Assembly (NCBI GenBank): GCA_002718715.1
Contig: PBFJ01000009.1
Coordinates: forward strand, 723-64,722
Direction: 5' to 3'
Length of the DNA stretch: 64,000 nt
Origin: a bacterium
Lineage (GTDB): Bacteria; Patescibacteriota; Gracilibacteria; UBA1369; GCA-2718715
Part shown: piece by piece, positions 1 to 9,280 of the stretch
Layout of the letters: every line of letters begins with the position of its first letter
Numbering within the stretch: the first letter of the stretch is position 1
Position numbers and translations under genes: made by a program
The notes under the pieces: generated by a model
Told to the model about the DNA's origin: nothing
The model's input: only the letters and a program-made list of their open reading frames with translations
Database searches by the model: none

Positions 1-1223
1 TTTTCAGGTCCTAGAGCAACTTTTTCAAGTGCATTTTCAAGTTCAGGCTGACCAATTTTCTTAAGATTTTTAGAAGCAGACATAATTGCAGCTTCATTCA
101 TTACATTTTCTAAATCGGCACCCGTAAATCCTGGAGACCTTTTAGCAATAGCAGATAAATCTACATTTTTCTTAAGTGGTTTTTTTCGTGCATGAACTTC
201 TAAAATAGCCTCTCTATCTTTAATATCAGGTCTATCAACCACTACTCTTCTGTCGAATCTACCAGGACGCAAAAGAGCAGGATCTAAAACATCAGGTCTA
301 TTTGTAGCAGCAATCACAATTACATTTGCTCCAGTTTCAAAACCATCCATTTCTGTTAATATTTGATTTAAGGTTTGCTCTCTTTCATCATGTCCTCCAC
401 CAAGACCAGTACCTCTTTGTCTACCAACAGCATCAATCTCATCAATAAAGATAATACATGGAGCGGTTTTTTTAGCATTTTTAAACAAATCTCTAACTCT
501 GGAAGCTCCCACACCTACAAACATTTCTACAAATTCAGAACCAGAAATAGAGAAAAAAGGTACGCCAGCTTCACCGGACACTGCTCTAGCTAAGAGAGTT
601 TTACCAGTTCCAGGAGGTCCTACCAAAATCACACCTTTTGGAATTTTGGCTCCCATTTTTATATATTTTGAAGGAGACTTTAAAAAGTCTACTACCTCTT
701 TAAGTTCTTCCTTTGCTTCTTTAGCTCCTGCCACATCTGCAAATTTAGTTTTAGAAGTTGTACCATTTGAAAGTCGGGCTTTTGTTTTACCAAAATTTAA
801 TGCTTGAGAATTAGAACTCTGAGCTGATTTCATCATAAAAAAGAAAAAGAAAAGAATTAAAACAGCTGGAAAAGCTGAAATTAAAAATTCTAACCAAAAA
901 GTATCTTCTTGTTTGATTTGAATATCTAAATCTTGGTACTCATTATCTTTTAAAATTTGACTTAAAGCTGCCTGTGGCTCTTTAAAAGTCTTTTTATTAA
1001 TGTTTTCAGATGTTTCATAAGTTATAGTCGATCCAGATAAAGTTACTTTCGAGTCTAAAATATTCTCTTGATTAATATCTTTTCTAAACTCAGAAAAGCT
1101 AACATTTTCAACATTTCCATTTAAGTCATTATTGTTATAAAAATAACCAGAAATAAATAAAACTAGGATTAAAAACCATACAAAACTTGTTTTCGAAGGG
1201 GGTCTTTTGATTGCTCTTGCCAT
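1..1223 (-). CDS. ftsH: ATP-dependent zinc metalloprotease FtsH. The N-terminal part is present; the C-terminus lies beyond the window start.
   Basis: My reverse-strand translation gives [22 protein letters not shown] (TM), then the AAA+ module [62 protein letters not shown] and [22 protein letters not shown]. The start codon CAT is at 1221-1223. It sits downstream of tilS, as in many bacteria. Confidence 0.95.
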   Translation of the reverse strand, partial: MARAIKRPPSKTSFVWFLILVLFISGYFYNNNDLNGNVENVSFSEFRKDINQENILDSKVTLSGSTITYETSENINKKTFKEPQAALSQILKDNEYQDLDIQIKQEDTFWLEFLISAFPAVLILFFFFFMMKSAQSSNSQALNFGKTKARLSNGTTSKTKFADVAGAKEAKEELKEVVDFLKSPSKYIKMGAKIPKGVILVGPPGTGKTLLARAVSGEAGVPFFSISGSEFVEMFVGVGASRVRDLFKNAKKTAPCIIFIDEIDAVGRQRGTGLGGGHDEREQTLNQILTEMDGFETGANVIVIAATNRPDVLDPALLRPGRFDRRVVVDRPDIKDREAILEVHARKKPLKKNVDLSAIAKRSPGFTGADLENVMNEAAIMSASKNLKKIGQPELENALEKVALGPE

Positions 1224-1286
1224 GAATAATATAAAATTAAAACTTAAAACAACCTTAGCAAATTTTGCAATAATTGAAAAGCCATT

Positions 1287-2414
1287 TTAAATATTTTTTA
1301 CAATATATTTAATTATTTTTTCACCCTCAACAACAACAGGTATGCCTGATCTAAAATAAAATGGTAAAGATTTAACCTGCTTAGATTTCATAAATGACTT
1401 ATCATTAAATTTTAACCCAGAAGAAAATTGCTTAATCTGCAAAAAAGACTCCTCTTTAACTGATTCAAAATAATAATCAGCAAGCTCATCTAAGCTTAGT
1501 TCAGAAAATAAAAAATGATCACTTGATATATAAAGATTAAACTTCTTAAAATTCAATTGAAACCCAGATGACTCAAATGATTTCCTAAGCTCTAAGAAAT
1601 GATTAAATGATTTTAAATTTAAACCAAGCCTCTTTAATAGATCATATTGCATAAAGGAAGGTAAAGTTAAAAAATCACTTTTTAAAAGTTTTCTACCGAA
1701 TCCAGTATCAACTATTTTATAAGATATAAAATCTTCTAAATTTTTATTTAAATAATCTGATAACTCAGAGAAAATCTGTGTTTTTTGAAAAATTTGCTTT
1801 GAAAAATTAAAAAACTTAGATTGAATTAGTGGTATGACTTCCAGTCTTAAAAAATTTCTGGAGTATTTACTATCTGTATTAGATTCGTCTTCTAAATAGG
1901 TGATTTTATTATCTAAGGCATATTTATAAATTTGCTTTTTAGAAAAACTCATCAGAGGTCGATATATGTTCAAAGACAAATTTCTTTCTTTTAGACTAGA
2001 TAAACCATCTAAAAAAGAACCTTTAAATAAATTATATAAAAAGGTTTCAACCGCATCATCTTGATGATGTCCAAGTAAAACTCCATCTAATTTAAATCTA
2101 TCAATATATTCTTTATATATAGAGTGTCTAATATTTCTAGCATTTTCTTCAAAATTAACCTCTGGAACATTAATAGACTCTGAGTAAAATTCCAAATTAT
2201 TAGAATTGCAAAAATCTTTCACCAAATTAGCCTCTGCTATATTTTGTTCACGAGTATTGTGGTTTATATTAAGAACAATAAGATTATTTGATTTCAAAAT
2301 ATTCGATGCTATGTAAAGCATCACCATTGAATCAACTCCCCCGCTAACAGAAATCAGAAGCTTTGAATCACTCAACATATACTTTTCAATAAAATTTTTA
2401 AAGATTTCGATCAT
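1287..2414 (-). CDS. tilS: tRNA(Ile)-lysidine synthase
   Basis: PP-loop motif LLISVSGGVDSMVM near the N-terminus, then GHHQDDAVETFL. Conserved position upstream of ftsH. Confidence 0.9.
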   Translation of the reverse strand: MIEIFKNFIEKYMLSDSKLLISVSGGVDSMVMLYIASNILKSNNLIVLNINHNTREQNIAEANLVKDFCNSNNLEFYSESINVPEVNFEENARNIRHSIYKEYIDRFKLDGVLLGHHQDDAVETFLYNLFKGSFLDGLSSLKERNLSLNIYRPLMSFSKKQIYKYALDNKITYLEDESNTDSKYSRNFLRLEVIPLIQSKFFNFSKQIFQKTQIFSELSDYLNKNLEDFISYKIVDTGFGRKLLKSDFLTLPSFMQYDLLKRLGLNLKSFNHFLELRKSFESSGFQLNFKKFNLYISSDHFLFSELSLDELADYYFESVKEESFLQIKQFSSGLKFNDKSFMKSKQVKSLPFYFRSGIPVVVEGEKIIKYIVKNI

Positions 2415-2423
2415 TTTCTAATA

Positions 2424-2786
2424 TCATTTAATTAAATAAAGATTTGGATCATTTTCTAATGTCATTTTATTGTATTTTGCAACAAGATCGATAATTAAAT
2501 CAAAATTATCATCGCTTAAAGTTTGGTTTCGTCTTCTAAAGCCACATTTTGTGCATTCATGAGTGATCATATAGCCTCTTTTTTTATCAATTTCAACAAA
2601 AATAGGTAACATTAACCCCTCACAGTCAGACTTCCTATCACCCGGAAGATCATCTAAATGCTTAGAACATAAACAATGTTTACAGTGATTTCTAATCTTA
2701 GAACCTTTAGGATTTAAAGTTCCACAATGCTCACAAATAAATTCTTCGTTTTTATAAATAAAATTCTTTCTTTTTGCTTTAGCCAT
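2424..2786 (-). CDS. RNHCP-domain zinc-ribbon protein
   Basis: FICEHCG...IRNHCKHCLCSKHLDDLPGDRKSDCEGLM...THECTKCGFRRRN matches my recollection of the RNHCP domain signature (RNHCPxCLxSxHxD plus a second CxxC). It ends in TGA. Confidence 0.7.
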   Translation of the reverse strand: MAKAKRKNFIYKNEEFICEHCGTLNPKGSKIRNHCKHCLCSKHLDDLPGDRKSDCEGLMLPIFVEIDKKRGYMITHECTKCGFRRRNQTLSDDNFDLIIDLVAKYNKMTLENDPNLYLIK

Positions 2787-2907
2787 AAATATTTATTATC
2801 ACTTAATTTATGGCATAATTTTCAGATTAAAACAAGCTAAAAACAAATAAAGTATGCATTTAAAGGTAAATTTGCTAGAATAGATTAAAGAATAATTACA
2901 CTCAAAA

Positions 2908-5100
2908 ATGCCAAAAAGACGTAAAAAAAAACCTGAATCACTATTATTGTTTTTATTTAAAAAATTTAAAAAGAAAAAAAGAAGAACCAAAAAATCAGAT
3001 GAACTTCCTATTGAAGTTAAAAGAGAAATATCTGGAATACTTGTAATTCTGGCTGGGATTTTAATTTTACTTTCAAACTTTAATCACCTTGGAGTTCCAG
3101 GAGAAGTTCTAAATAGACTCCTAAAACCCGTTCTTGGTTTAGGAGTAAACATCTTACCTATTTTACTTGGAGTTACAGCAATGATTTTATTTAAAAATGA
3201 AGATCCAAAACCAACTTTTCACAAAATTACAGGTATCTTTTTATTCTTTGTATCATTTCTAAGCTTAGTTCACATTTCACTACCAATGGAACAAATGTAT
3301 GTAGAAGCTTCTAAAGGTAATTTCGGAGGATTTTTAGGATATGTTCCAAATCTTTTACTTGGAGAAATGTTAGGTTTAACAAAAATTTCAAACGTTATAA
3401 TCTACAGTACTGGAATTTTAATTTCCATGATCCTAAGTTTAGATATTTCAATCAAATCATTATTTCAAAATTTATATGCTAGAACAGAAGTCGAAACTAA
3501 AAAAAACAAATCTAAAACTAAAGAAAAAGAAAGCAAAAAACAAAGCTTGGATTTATTTAATGATACTCAAATCAACATTATTAAACCTGAATTTGAAACT
3601 CAATCGGTTAAAAAAGAGAAAAAACCTCAACCAAAGAAAATTCCAAACGAACAAGTCGATCAAATTGATCAAAACACTCTTCAAGAAGCTATTACATGGG
3701 AATACCCATCGGTGGACTTGTTGGAAAATGAAAGTAGCAAAATTCAAATCAAAGATTCAGAACTTCGTAAAAAAGCAGATGAAATCAGAAGAAAACTTGA
3801 ACAGTTTGATATTAAAGTTGGAATGCAAAACGTTCACGTAGGTCCAACAGTGATCCAATACACATTAAAACCAGATGCTGGAGTAAAGTTATCAAAAATC
3901 ACAAATCTTAAAAATGATATAGCTTTAGCCTTAGCTGCAAAATCATTAAGAATCGAGGCTCCCATTCCAGGAAAAAGTTTAGTAGGAATCGAAGTTCCTT
4001 CCGAAAAAAGAGTAACAGTAAAATTAAAAGAAATTATTCTTTCTCAGGATTATCAAAGTATAAGCGAAAAATCAAAATTGGTTTTACCACTTGGAAGAGA
4101 TGTTTCAGGAAGCCCAGTAATAGCTGATCTTCATGACATGCCACACCTTTTAATTGCAGGTGCTACGAATTCAGGTAAATCAGTTTGTATCAATACATTT
4201 TTATTATCCTTAATAATGCAAAACTCCCCTGCTGAACTAAAGATGATCTTAGTGGATCCTAAACAAGTAGAGTTAAGAGACTATAACGATATTCCTCACT
4301 TACTTACTCCAGTGATTGTAGATCCAAATAAAGCTGCTAACGCTCTAAAATGGAGTGTCTCTGAAATGAATAGAAGATACGCAATTTTATCGGAAGCAGG
4401 ATGCAGAAATATTAAAGAATACAATTCTTCAAGAAAAGAAGATGAAAAACAAATGCCAAGTATTTTAATTTTAATCGACGAACTTGCAGATTTAATGATG
4501 GCTAACGGGAAAGAAATAGAAGGATACATTTGTAGACTTGCCCAAATGGCCAGAGCGGTTGGAATGCACTTAATCTTAGCCACTCAAAGACCATCTGTAG
4601 ATGTTATTACAGGTTTAATTAAAGCTAATGTTCCAAGTCGTATTTCATTTTCGGTTTCATCATCAATTGACTCTAGAACTATTTTAGATACAGTTGGAGC
4701 CGAGGACTTACTTGGTAAAGGTGATATGCTTTATTTACAAAAAGATTACTCTAAACCAAGAAGAATCCAAGGTATTTACGCTTCCCCTCTGGAAATTAAA
4801 AAAGTAACAAATTTCCTGAAAATGTCAGACTCTCCAGAATATAGAGATGACATTACAGATAAAAATGCAGGAATCAATAAATCTGACAACCCTTCAATGG
4901 CGGGAATGTCTGAAGATGAACTCTACAAAGATGCCTACGAATGTATTTTACAACATCAAAAAGCATCAGCATCTCTACTTCAAAGAAGATTAAAAGTGGG
5001 ATACGCAAGAGCCGCAAGACTTTTAGATATTTTGGAAGAAAACGGCGTTGTAGGACCCGTAAACGGTGCTAAACCAAGAGAAATTTACATAAAAGAATAA
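2908..5100 (+). CDS. ftsK: DNA translocase FtsK/SpoIIIE
   Basis: N-terminal polytopic membrane domain and a K/E/Q-rich linker. Motor domain with Walker A LIAGATNSGKSVCIN and Walker B ILILIDELADLMM. C-terminal gamma winged-helix ASASLLQRRLKVGYARAARLLDILEENGVVGP. Confidence 0.93.
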   Translation: MPKRRKKKPESLLLFLFKKFKKKKRRTKKSDELPIEVKREISGILVILAGILILLSNFNHLGVPGEVLNRLLKPVLGLGVNILPILLGVTAMILFKNEDPKPTFHKITGIFLFFVSFLSLVHISLPMEQMYVEASKGNFGGFLGYVPNLLLGEMLGLTKISNVIIYSTGILISMILSLDISIKSLFQNLYARTEVETKKNKSKTKEKESKKQSLDLFNDTQINIIKPEFETQSVKKEKKPQPKKIPNEQVDQIDQNTLQEAITWEYPSVDLLENESSKIQIKDSELRKKADEIRRKLEQFDIKVGMQNVHVGPTVIQYTLKPDAGVKLSKITNLKNDIALALAAKSLRIEAPIPGKSLVGIEVPSEKRVTVKLKEIILSQDYQSISEKSKLVLPLGRDVSGSPVIADLHDMPHLLIAGATNSGKSVCINTFLLSLIMQNSPAELKMILVDPKQVELRDYNDIPHLLTPVIVDPNKAANALKWSVSEMNRRYAILSEAGCRNIKEYNSSRKEDEKQMPSILILIDELADLMMANGKEIEGYICRLAQMARAVGMHLILATQRPSVDVITGLIKANVPSRISFSVSSSIDSRTILDTVGAEDLLGKGDMLYLQKDYSKPRRIQGIYASPLEIKKVTNFLKMSDSPEYRDDITDKNAGINKSDNPSMAGMSEDELYKDAYECILQHQKASASLLQRRLKVGYARAARLLDILEENGVVGPVNGAKPREIYIKE

Positions 5101-5106
5101 ACAAAT

Positions 5107-5928
5107 ATGAAAAAAATTTTTATACTTTTACAAATACTATTTATATCAACTTTTGCATCAATTGCATTTGCATCAGAATTAGATGAATTCACTCCAGACG
5201 AGGAATTTTGTAAAACTATTAAAGAAGAAAGATTGCTACAAGGAAGTGATCAAGAAATAATAAAAAGCTGTAAATGTTTTAACATTGAAGATCTAAGAGA
5301 ACATATTCCTGCAAGTGAAAGAAGTGAAGCAGTATTCAGCGAAGTTTGTAGAGATGTAAACATAAAATACAACTGTATATACAAAAACGAGTCAGACAGT
5401 ATTATCACAATTGATAAAATAAAAACTTTAGATCAAAATAACAATTGTTTATTAGATACAAACAGAGAAAAATGTTTAGCAAAATTAGCAAATCTAATGA
5501 AAACATCCCCGGAACGAACAAATAACGCAAGAAGAGATTCATTATTTGGATGCTACGGAAATAGCCTAGAGCCTAAAAATTTAATAGATTATCAAGGAGA
5601 AGACAGAAACATCAACAATTTTGAAGTTTTTGACGAAGAAAAGGGTCTCATAGCAAATACTCAACAAAAAACTCAACTAAAAAAGCTTACCGAAAATCAA
5701 GCTGGACCAGTCATAAGTTTTATCAATATAATAATTGATTATTTGGTTGGAATTATTTTCGTAATTTGTCTAAGTTCATTAATCTACGGAGGTTATAACC
5801 TAATTTTTGCTGGATTTGACTCAGATATGACGGAGAAAGGAAAAAATGCTATCAAATACGCAATAACAGGATTCTTTTTTGTTATGCTTTCATATACAAT
5901 TGTACTTTTAGTTCAAAGTATATTCTAA
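5107..5928 (+). CDS. Secreted Cys-rich protein with a C-terminal two-TM pilin-like (VirB2/TrbC/T4SS-pilin-type) module, paralog 1
   Basis: Signal peptide MKKIFILLQILFISTFASIAFA. Eight Cys in the ectodomain. C-terminus is VGIIFVICLSSLIYGGYNLIFAGFDSDMTEKGKNAIKYAITGFFFVMLSYTIV (helix-loop-helix). It starts 7 nt after the ftsK stop. Confidence 0.6.
   Translation: MKKIFILLQILFISTFASIAFASELDEFTPDEEFCKTIKEERLLQGSDQEIIKSCKCFNIEDLREHIPASERSEAVFSEVCRDVNIKYNCIYKNESDSIITIDKIKTLDQNNNCLLDTNREKCLAKLANLMKTSPERTNNARRDSLFGCYGNSLEPKNLIDYQGEDRNINNFEVFDEEKGLIANTQQKTQLKKLTENQAGPVISFINIIIDYLVGIIFVICLSSLIYGGYNLIFAGFDSDMTEKGKNAIKYAITGFFFVMLSYTIVLLVQSIF
5617..5928 (+). repeat. 312-nt 3' cassette of pilin-like paralog 1. 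It is a near-identical direct repeat of 6624..6935.
   Basis: My direct nucleotide comparison shows both copies start aattttgaagttttt and end caaagtat(a/c)ttctaa. They are collinear with no indels and show scattered substitutions. Confidence 0.85.
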
Positions 5929-5950
5929 AAAAATATATAATTTACAAAAC

Positions 5951-5980
5951 TTGCAAAATACAAGTAAAATATGTTAAAAT
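5951..5980 (+). promoter_or_regulatory. Candidate sigma70-type promoter for pilin-like paralog 2 (TTGCAA-N18-TAAAAT)
   Basis: TTGCAA at 5951-5956 and TAAAAT at 5975-5980, in the 74-nt gap between paralogs 1 and 2. Confidence 0.35.
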
Positions 5981-6002
5981 AATATGAATTAATACACAAA
6001 AC

Positions 6003-6935
6003 TTGCAAAAAAAATTTTTAAAATCACTACTATCAATTCTAATAGTTTTCCTAACATTCGGATTAAAATTTAATCATTCCCATGCAACGGTAGCTGAGAT
6101 ACCAATTGAAAGATGCAACTATCAATTTCCTAGATACGAAGATCTAATTCAAACAATTCAAGATAAAGATTTAATAACAAATAAAGATTTATTTATATGC
6201 CTAGCATTCATCGAAACAAAAGCATTATTAATTATGGACTCCACTCCACAAACACTAGAAGATTTGAACTCAGATCCAAGAATTAAATTATTTAAAGACT
6301 CTTACAATAAAGTATCAGATTGTTTTTATCTATTAGACATACCTACAAACCAAGATGCTAGAAGTATTCAAGAATCAAAATTAATAAACAGTCCGAGTGG
6401 AAAAGTTACTTTAGAAACATTTAAATCAATAGACTCTAAAGGTAACAATAACTGTCAAATAGATACACCTCATGAAATATGTCTTAGCAGACTAGAAAAA
6501 GAAAAAAGAGACGATCCAAGAGGAGTAGATTTTAAAATACAGAATGAGCTATATGGATGCTATGGAAATAGTGAAGCACCTAGAAATTTAATGGATTTAA
6601 GTTCAAACGAAAGAGGAATCAATAATTTTGAAGTTTTTAGCGAAGAAAAAGGGCTTGTCGCCAATACTCAACAAAAAACACAATTGAAAGAACTTACCGA
6701 AAATCAGGCTGGACCAGTCATAGGATTTATAAATATGATAATTGATTATTTAGTAGGAATAGTTTTTGTTTTATGTATGGCCTCGCTAATTTACGGAGGA
6801 TATAATCTAATTTTTGCTGGATTTGATTCAGATATGACCGAAAGAGGAAAAAACTCAATTAAATATGCTATCACAGGATTCTTCTTTATAATGCTTTCTT
6901 ACACAATAGTTATCCTAGTCCAAAGTATCTTCTAA
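6003..6935 (+). CDS. Secreted Cys-rich protein with a C-terminal two-TM pilin-like module, paralog 2 (TTG start)
   Basis: Signal peptide MQKKFLKSLLSILIVFLTFGL. The last ~104 aa are nearly identical to paralog 1 (NNFEVFSEEKGLVANTQQKTQLKELTENQAGPVIGFINMIIDYLVG...LIYGGYNLIFAGFDSDMTERGKNSIKYAITGFFFIMLSY). Confidence 0.6.
   Translation: MQKKFLKSLLSILIVFLTFGLKFNHSHATVAEIPIERCNYQFPRYEDLIQTIQDKDLITNKDLFICLAFIETKALLIMDSTPQTLEDLNSDPRIKLFKDSYNKVSDCFYLLDIPTNQDARSIQESKLINSPSGKVTLETFKSIDSKGNNNCQIDTPHEICLSRLEKEKRDDPRGVDFKIQNELYGCYGNSEAPRNLMDLSSNERGINNFEVFSEEKGLVANTQQKTQLKELTENQAGPVIGFINMIIDYLVGIVFVLCMASLIYGGYNLIFAGFDSDMTERGKNSIKYAITGFFFIMLSYTIVILVQSIF
6624..6935 (+). repeat. 312-nt 3' cassette of pilin-like paralog 2, the partner of 5617..5928
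   Basis: Same as the partner repeat. The upstream halves of the two genes are far more divergent. Confidence 0.85.
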
Positions 6936-6943
6936 TAATTACC

Positions 6944-7690
6944 ATGAAACCTAAAATAAATTTTTTCAAAAAATTACTAAAAACAATAACACTACTTACT
7001 GTAATCATTAGTTTAAATTTTTCTATAATAAAAAACGTAGCTGGAGCAAGGGAGCAAACCGCAAGAGAATCAGAATCAAGAATAGAAATTGAAGAATGGA
7101 GGTCCGAATGTAATAATATCAATATAAATAAACCTGAATACGAAGAGATGAAAACAGTTATTCAAACCTACGAAGATAGCTTAGAGAATTTTATTACATT
7201 TTTAGATCAACCTTTAAGTACAAAAAATAACGTATTTATAAAGCAAACATGTGTCCCTGAAACAACTGTTACTAGTTCAAAGTACAAGTGTAAATCCAAA
7301 GTAACATGTACATGTACCCCGCAATTTCCTAAGATAAGAGGATCAGATCAAGAAAAAAAAGGGATAAGCTGCAGAAGAGTACAATTTATAATTTATAAAT
7401 CAGGACAAGAATTAGCTGCAAAATATGTAAATTTAATATACAGATGGGTAAGTTCTATAGTGGGTATAGTTGCAGTGATTTATATAATAGTAAATGCTAT
7501 AATTATTTCGAGTGCTCAAAATGATTCAGGACAAGTAACTGCTGCAAAAGATAGAATAATGCAATCCTTAATAGCACTAGTCGTACTTTTAAGCGCAAGT
7601 ATTATCTTATATGCAATAAACCCAACTTTCTTTACAGTAGACAGAGAGCTCCAATCCCCAGCTACTCAAACACAAAATAATCAAAGATAA
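6944..7690 (+). CDS. Secreted protein with a C-terminal two-TM pilin-like module, paralog 3
   Basis: N-terminal hydrophobic signal/anchor LLKTITLLTVIISLNF. Cys cluster CVPETTVTSSKYKCKSKVTCTC. C-terminus is SSIVGIVAVIYIIVNAIIISSAQNDSGQVTAAKDRIMQSLIALVVLLSASIILYAI. Confidence 0.55.
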   Translation: MKPKINFFKKLLKTITLLTVIISLNFSIIKNVAGAREQTARESESRIEIEEWRSECNNININKPEYEEMKTVIQTYEDSLENFITFLDQPLSTKNNVFIKQTCVPETTVTSSKYKCKSKVTCTCTPQFPKIRGSDQEKKGISCRRVQFIIYKSGQELAAKYVNLIYRWVSSIVGIVAVIYIIVNAIIISSAQNDSGQVTAAKDRIMQSLIALVVLLSASIILYAINPTFFTVDRELQSPATQTQNNQR

Positions 7691-7736
7691 AATACTCAAC
7701 AATAAACTAATAAATAAATTAATCTAAAATTAAAAA

Positions 7737-8162
7737 ATGAAATCTGTATTTAAAAAATTTTTAATCGTAATACTCATTTGCACAAGTCTAACTTTTGGCA
7801 CAGTAATTGCTAGTGCAGAAGAGAAAGTAAATCAAAATACGCAAAGTTTCGGAATATATAAACCCAGAAAACTACCCGGACCAAGATTTACACAAGACAA
7901 TCCAACAACTAAAGAAAAACAAAGAACAATCTTAAATCAATTTCTACCAAAATTCAGTATTAGATTACTAGTATTTATCACAATAGCATCCCTACTTGGT
8001 TTAATCTATGGAGGATTCTTATATATTTCAGATCTTGGAGAGGAGCAAAATTTAGAACAAGCTAAAAAAGCCATAACGTTTTCAATAGTCGGTTTAATAT
8101 TAGCATTTTTAAGCTTTGCTATTGTTCAAATTATCAATGTAATTCCATTAGACTTCGTCTAG
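7737..8162 (+). CDS. Small secreted two-TM pilin-like protein, paralog 4
   Basis: Signal peptide MKSVFKKFLIVILICTSLTFGTVIASA. C-terminus is LLVFITIASLLGLIYGGFLYISDLGEEQNLEQAKKAITFSIVGLILAFLSFAIV. Confidence 0.6.
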   Translation: MKSVFKKFLIVILICTSLTFGTVIASAEEKVNQNTQSFGIYKPRKLPGPRFTQDNPTTKEKQRTILNQFLPKFSIRLLVFITIASLLGLIYGGFLYISDLGEEQNLEQAKKAITFSIVGLILAFLSFAIVQIINVIPLDFV

Positions 8163-8180
8163 TTTTTAAAATAAAAAAAA

Positions 8181-8723
8181 ATGAAAAAAATGAAAAAATT
8201 AATCTTACTTTTATCTTTAGTATACTTACTAAGCGTAAACATCATCACATTTGCCAGAACAACTGCTACTCAAGGTTCACCTCAACAATCAGCATCTGAA
8301 TCAAGTACCCGAGAAACATCCGCAGATAGATTCAACGAGCAAAATAGACAAAGCTATCAAGATTTAAGAAACTCACTAATACCAAAACAAACAGATTTTA
8401 TTCAAAAATCTAAGAATTTAGACATAGACAGCAATACTAAAATTTCAGAAAGTGAACAAAAACAAATTCAATTCACTGAAGGAAATCTTGAAACTCAAAT
8501 CCTACCAAGAATCCTTAAAATATTAATCTACAGTTCTATTTTAATTTTTACGGGTTTATTCATCTACGCAGGTATTATTTTAATCATTTCAAATGGGGAT
8601 GAAGCCTCTTACACAGAAGTAAAAAATCTTATAGTCAATACACTTATTGGTGTAGGAGTAATCCTAGGATCATATGCAATTATCTATGGACTTGTTACTA
8701 TATTACAAAATTTAAGACCTTAA
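8181..8723 (+). CDS. Small secreted two-TM pilin-like protein, paralog 5
   Basis: Signal peptide MKKMKKLILLLSLVYLLSVNIITFA. C-terminus is ILIYSSILIFTGLFIYAGIILIISNGDEASYTEVKNLIVNTLIGVGVILGSYAII. Confidence 0.6.
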   Translation: MKKMKKLILLLSLVYLLSVNIITFARTTATQGSPQQSASESSTRETSADRFNEQNRQSYQDLRNSLIPKQTDFIQKSKNLDIDSNTKISESEQKQIQFTEGNLETQILPRILKILIYSSILIFTGLFIYAGIILIISNGDEASYTEVKNLIVNTLIGVGVILGSYAIIYGLVTILQNLRP

Positions 8724-8725
8724 AT

Positions 8726-9253
8726 ATGTTAAAAAAAATAATATTCAGCTTTCTAGCTATCAATCTAATTTTCCTATCTCAAATCAGTCTAAATAATAAC
8801 GTATATGCCAGCACACCTGACAGCGTAGACTTCTTAGAAGACGAGTTAAAACCAAGATACCTTCCTGAAATCACTGATCCTAAAATATCAACACAAGAAA
8901 CAAGATCAGGATCTGGAGAAGATAGTCAAAAGGCTGTTAAAAAAACTGAAAGATTTGTGGGTGACTTAATTGTTACAGCCCTACAATTTTTAGGGGGAAC
9001 AATTGTACTATTAATCATTATCTACGCTTTTAAAATGGTTATTGCATTTGGTAACGAAGAAGAAATCACTAACTCTAAAAAAGCTCTAGGAAACCTAGCC
9101 CTAGGCCTTCTAATTATAATGCTATCTTACTCAATTACACTTTTCATATTAGACCTTACATTAATTCCTCAAGAACTCGAAGGAGAAGCTCAAAACCAAG
9201 AAGCACAAAGCTCTGAAACAACACAGGACACGTCAGAAAGTCAATCAAGCTAA
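8726..9253 (+). CDS. Small secreted two-TM pilin-like protein, paralog 6
   Basis: Signal peptide MLKKIIFSFLAINLIFLSQISL. C-terminus is LQFLGGTIVLLIIIYAFKMVIAFGNEEEITNSKKALGNLALGLLIIMLSYSITLF, followed by an acidic Q/E/S tail. Confidence 0.6.
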   Translation: MLKKIIFSFLAINLIFLSQISLNNNVYASTPDSVDFLEDELKPRYLPEITDPKISTQETRSGSGEDSQKAVKKTERFVGDLIVTALQFLGGTIVLLIIIYAFKMVIAFGNEEEITNSKKALGNLALGLLIIMLSYSITLFILDLTLIPQELEGEAQNQEAQSSETTQDTSESQSS

Positions 9254-9256
9254 AAT

Positions 9257-9280
9257 AAAAAAGCCCCTCAGGGCTTTTTT
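9257..9280. terminator. Bidirectional intrinsic terminator between the pilin-like array and metG
   Basis: The sequence aaaaagccc-ctca-gggcttttt forms a GC stem flanked by an A-run and a T-run, between convergent genes. Confidence 0.75.

Noticed and set aside
5944-6010. A 15-nt direct repeat acaaaacttgcaaaa at 5944-5958 and 5996-6010, between pilin-like paralogs 1 and 2
   Set aside because: The first copy supplies a plausible -35 box (TTGCAA), and the second contains the TTG start codon of paralog 2. It is most simply a by-product of the tandem duplication or chance in AT-rich DNA. Two copies are not enough to call it a regulatory repeat.
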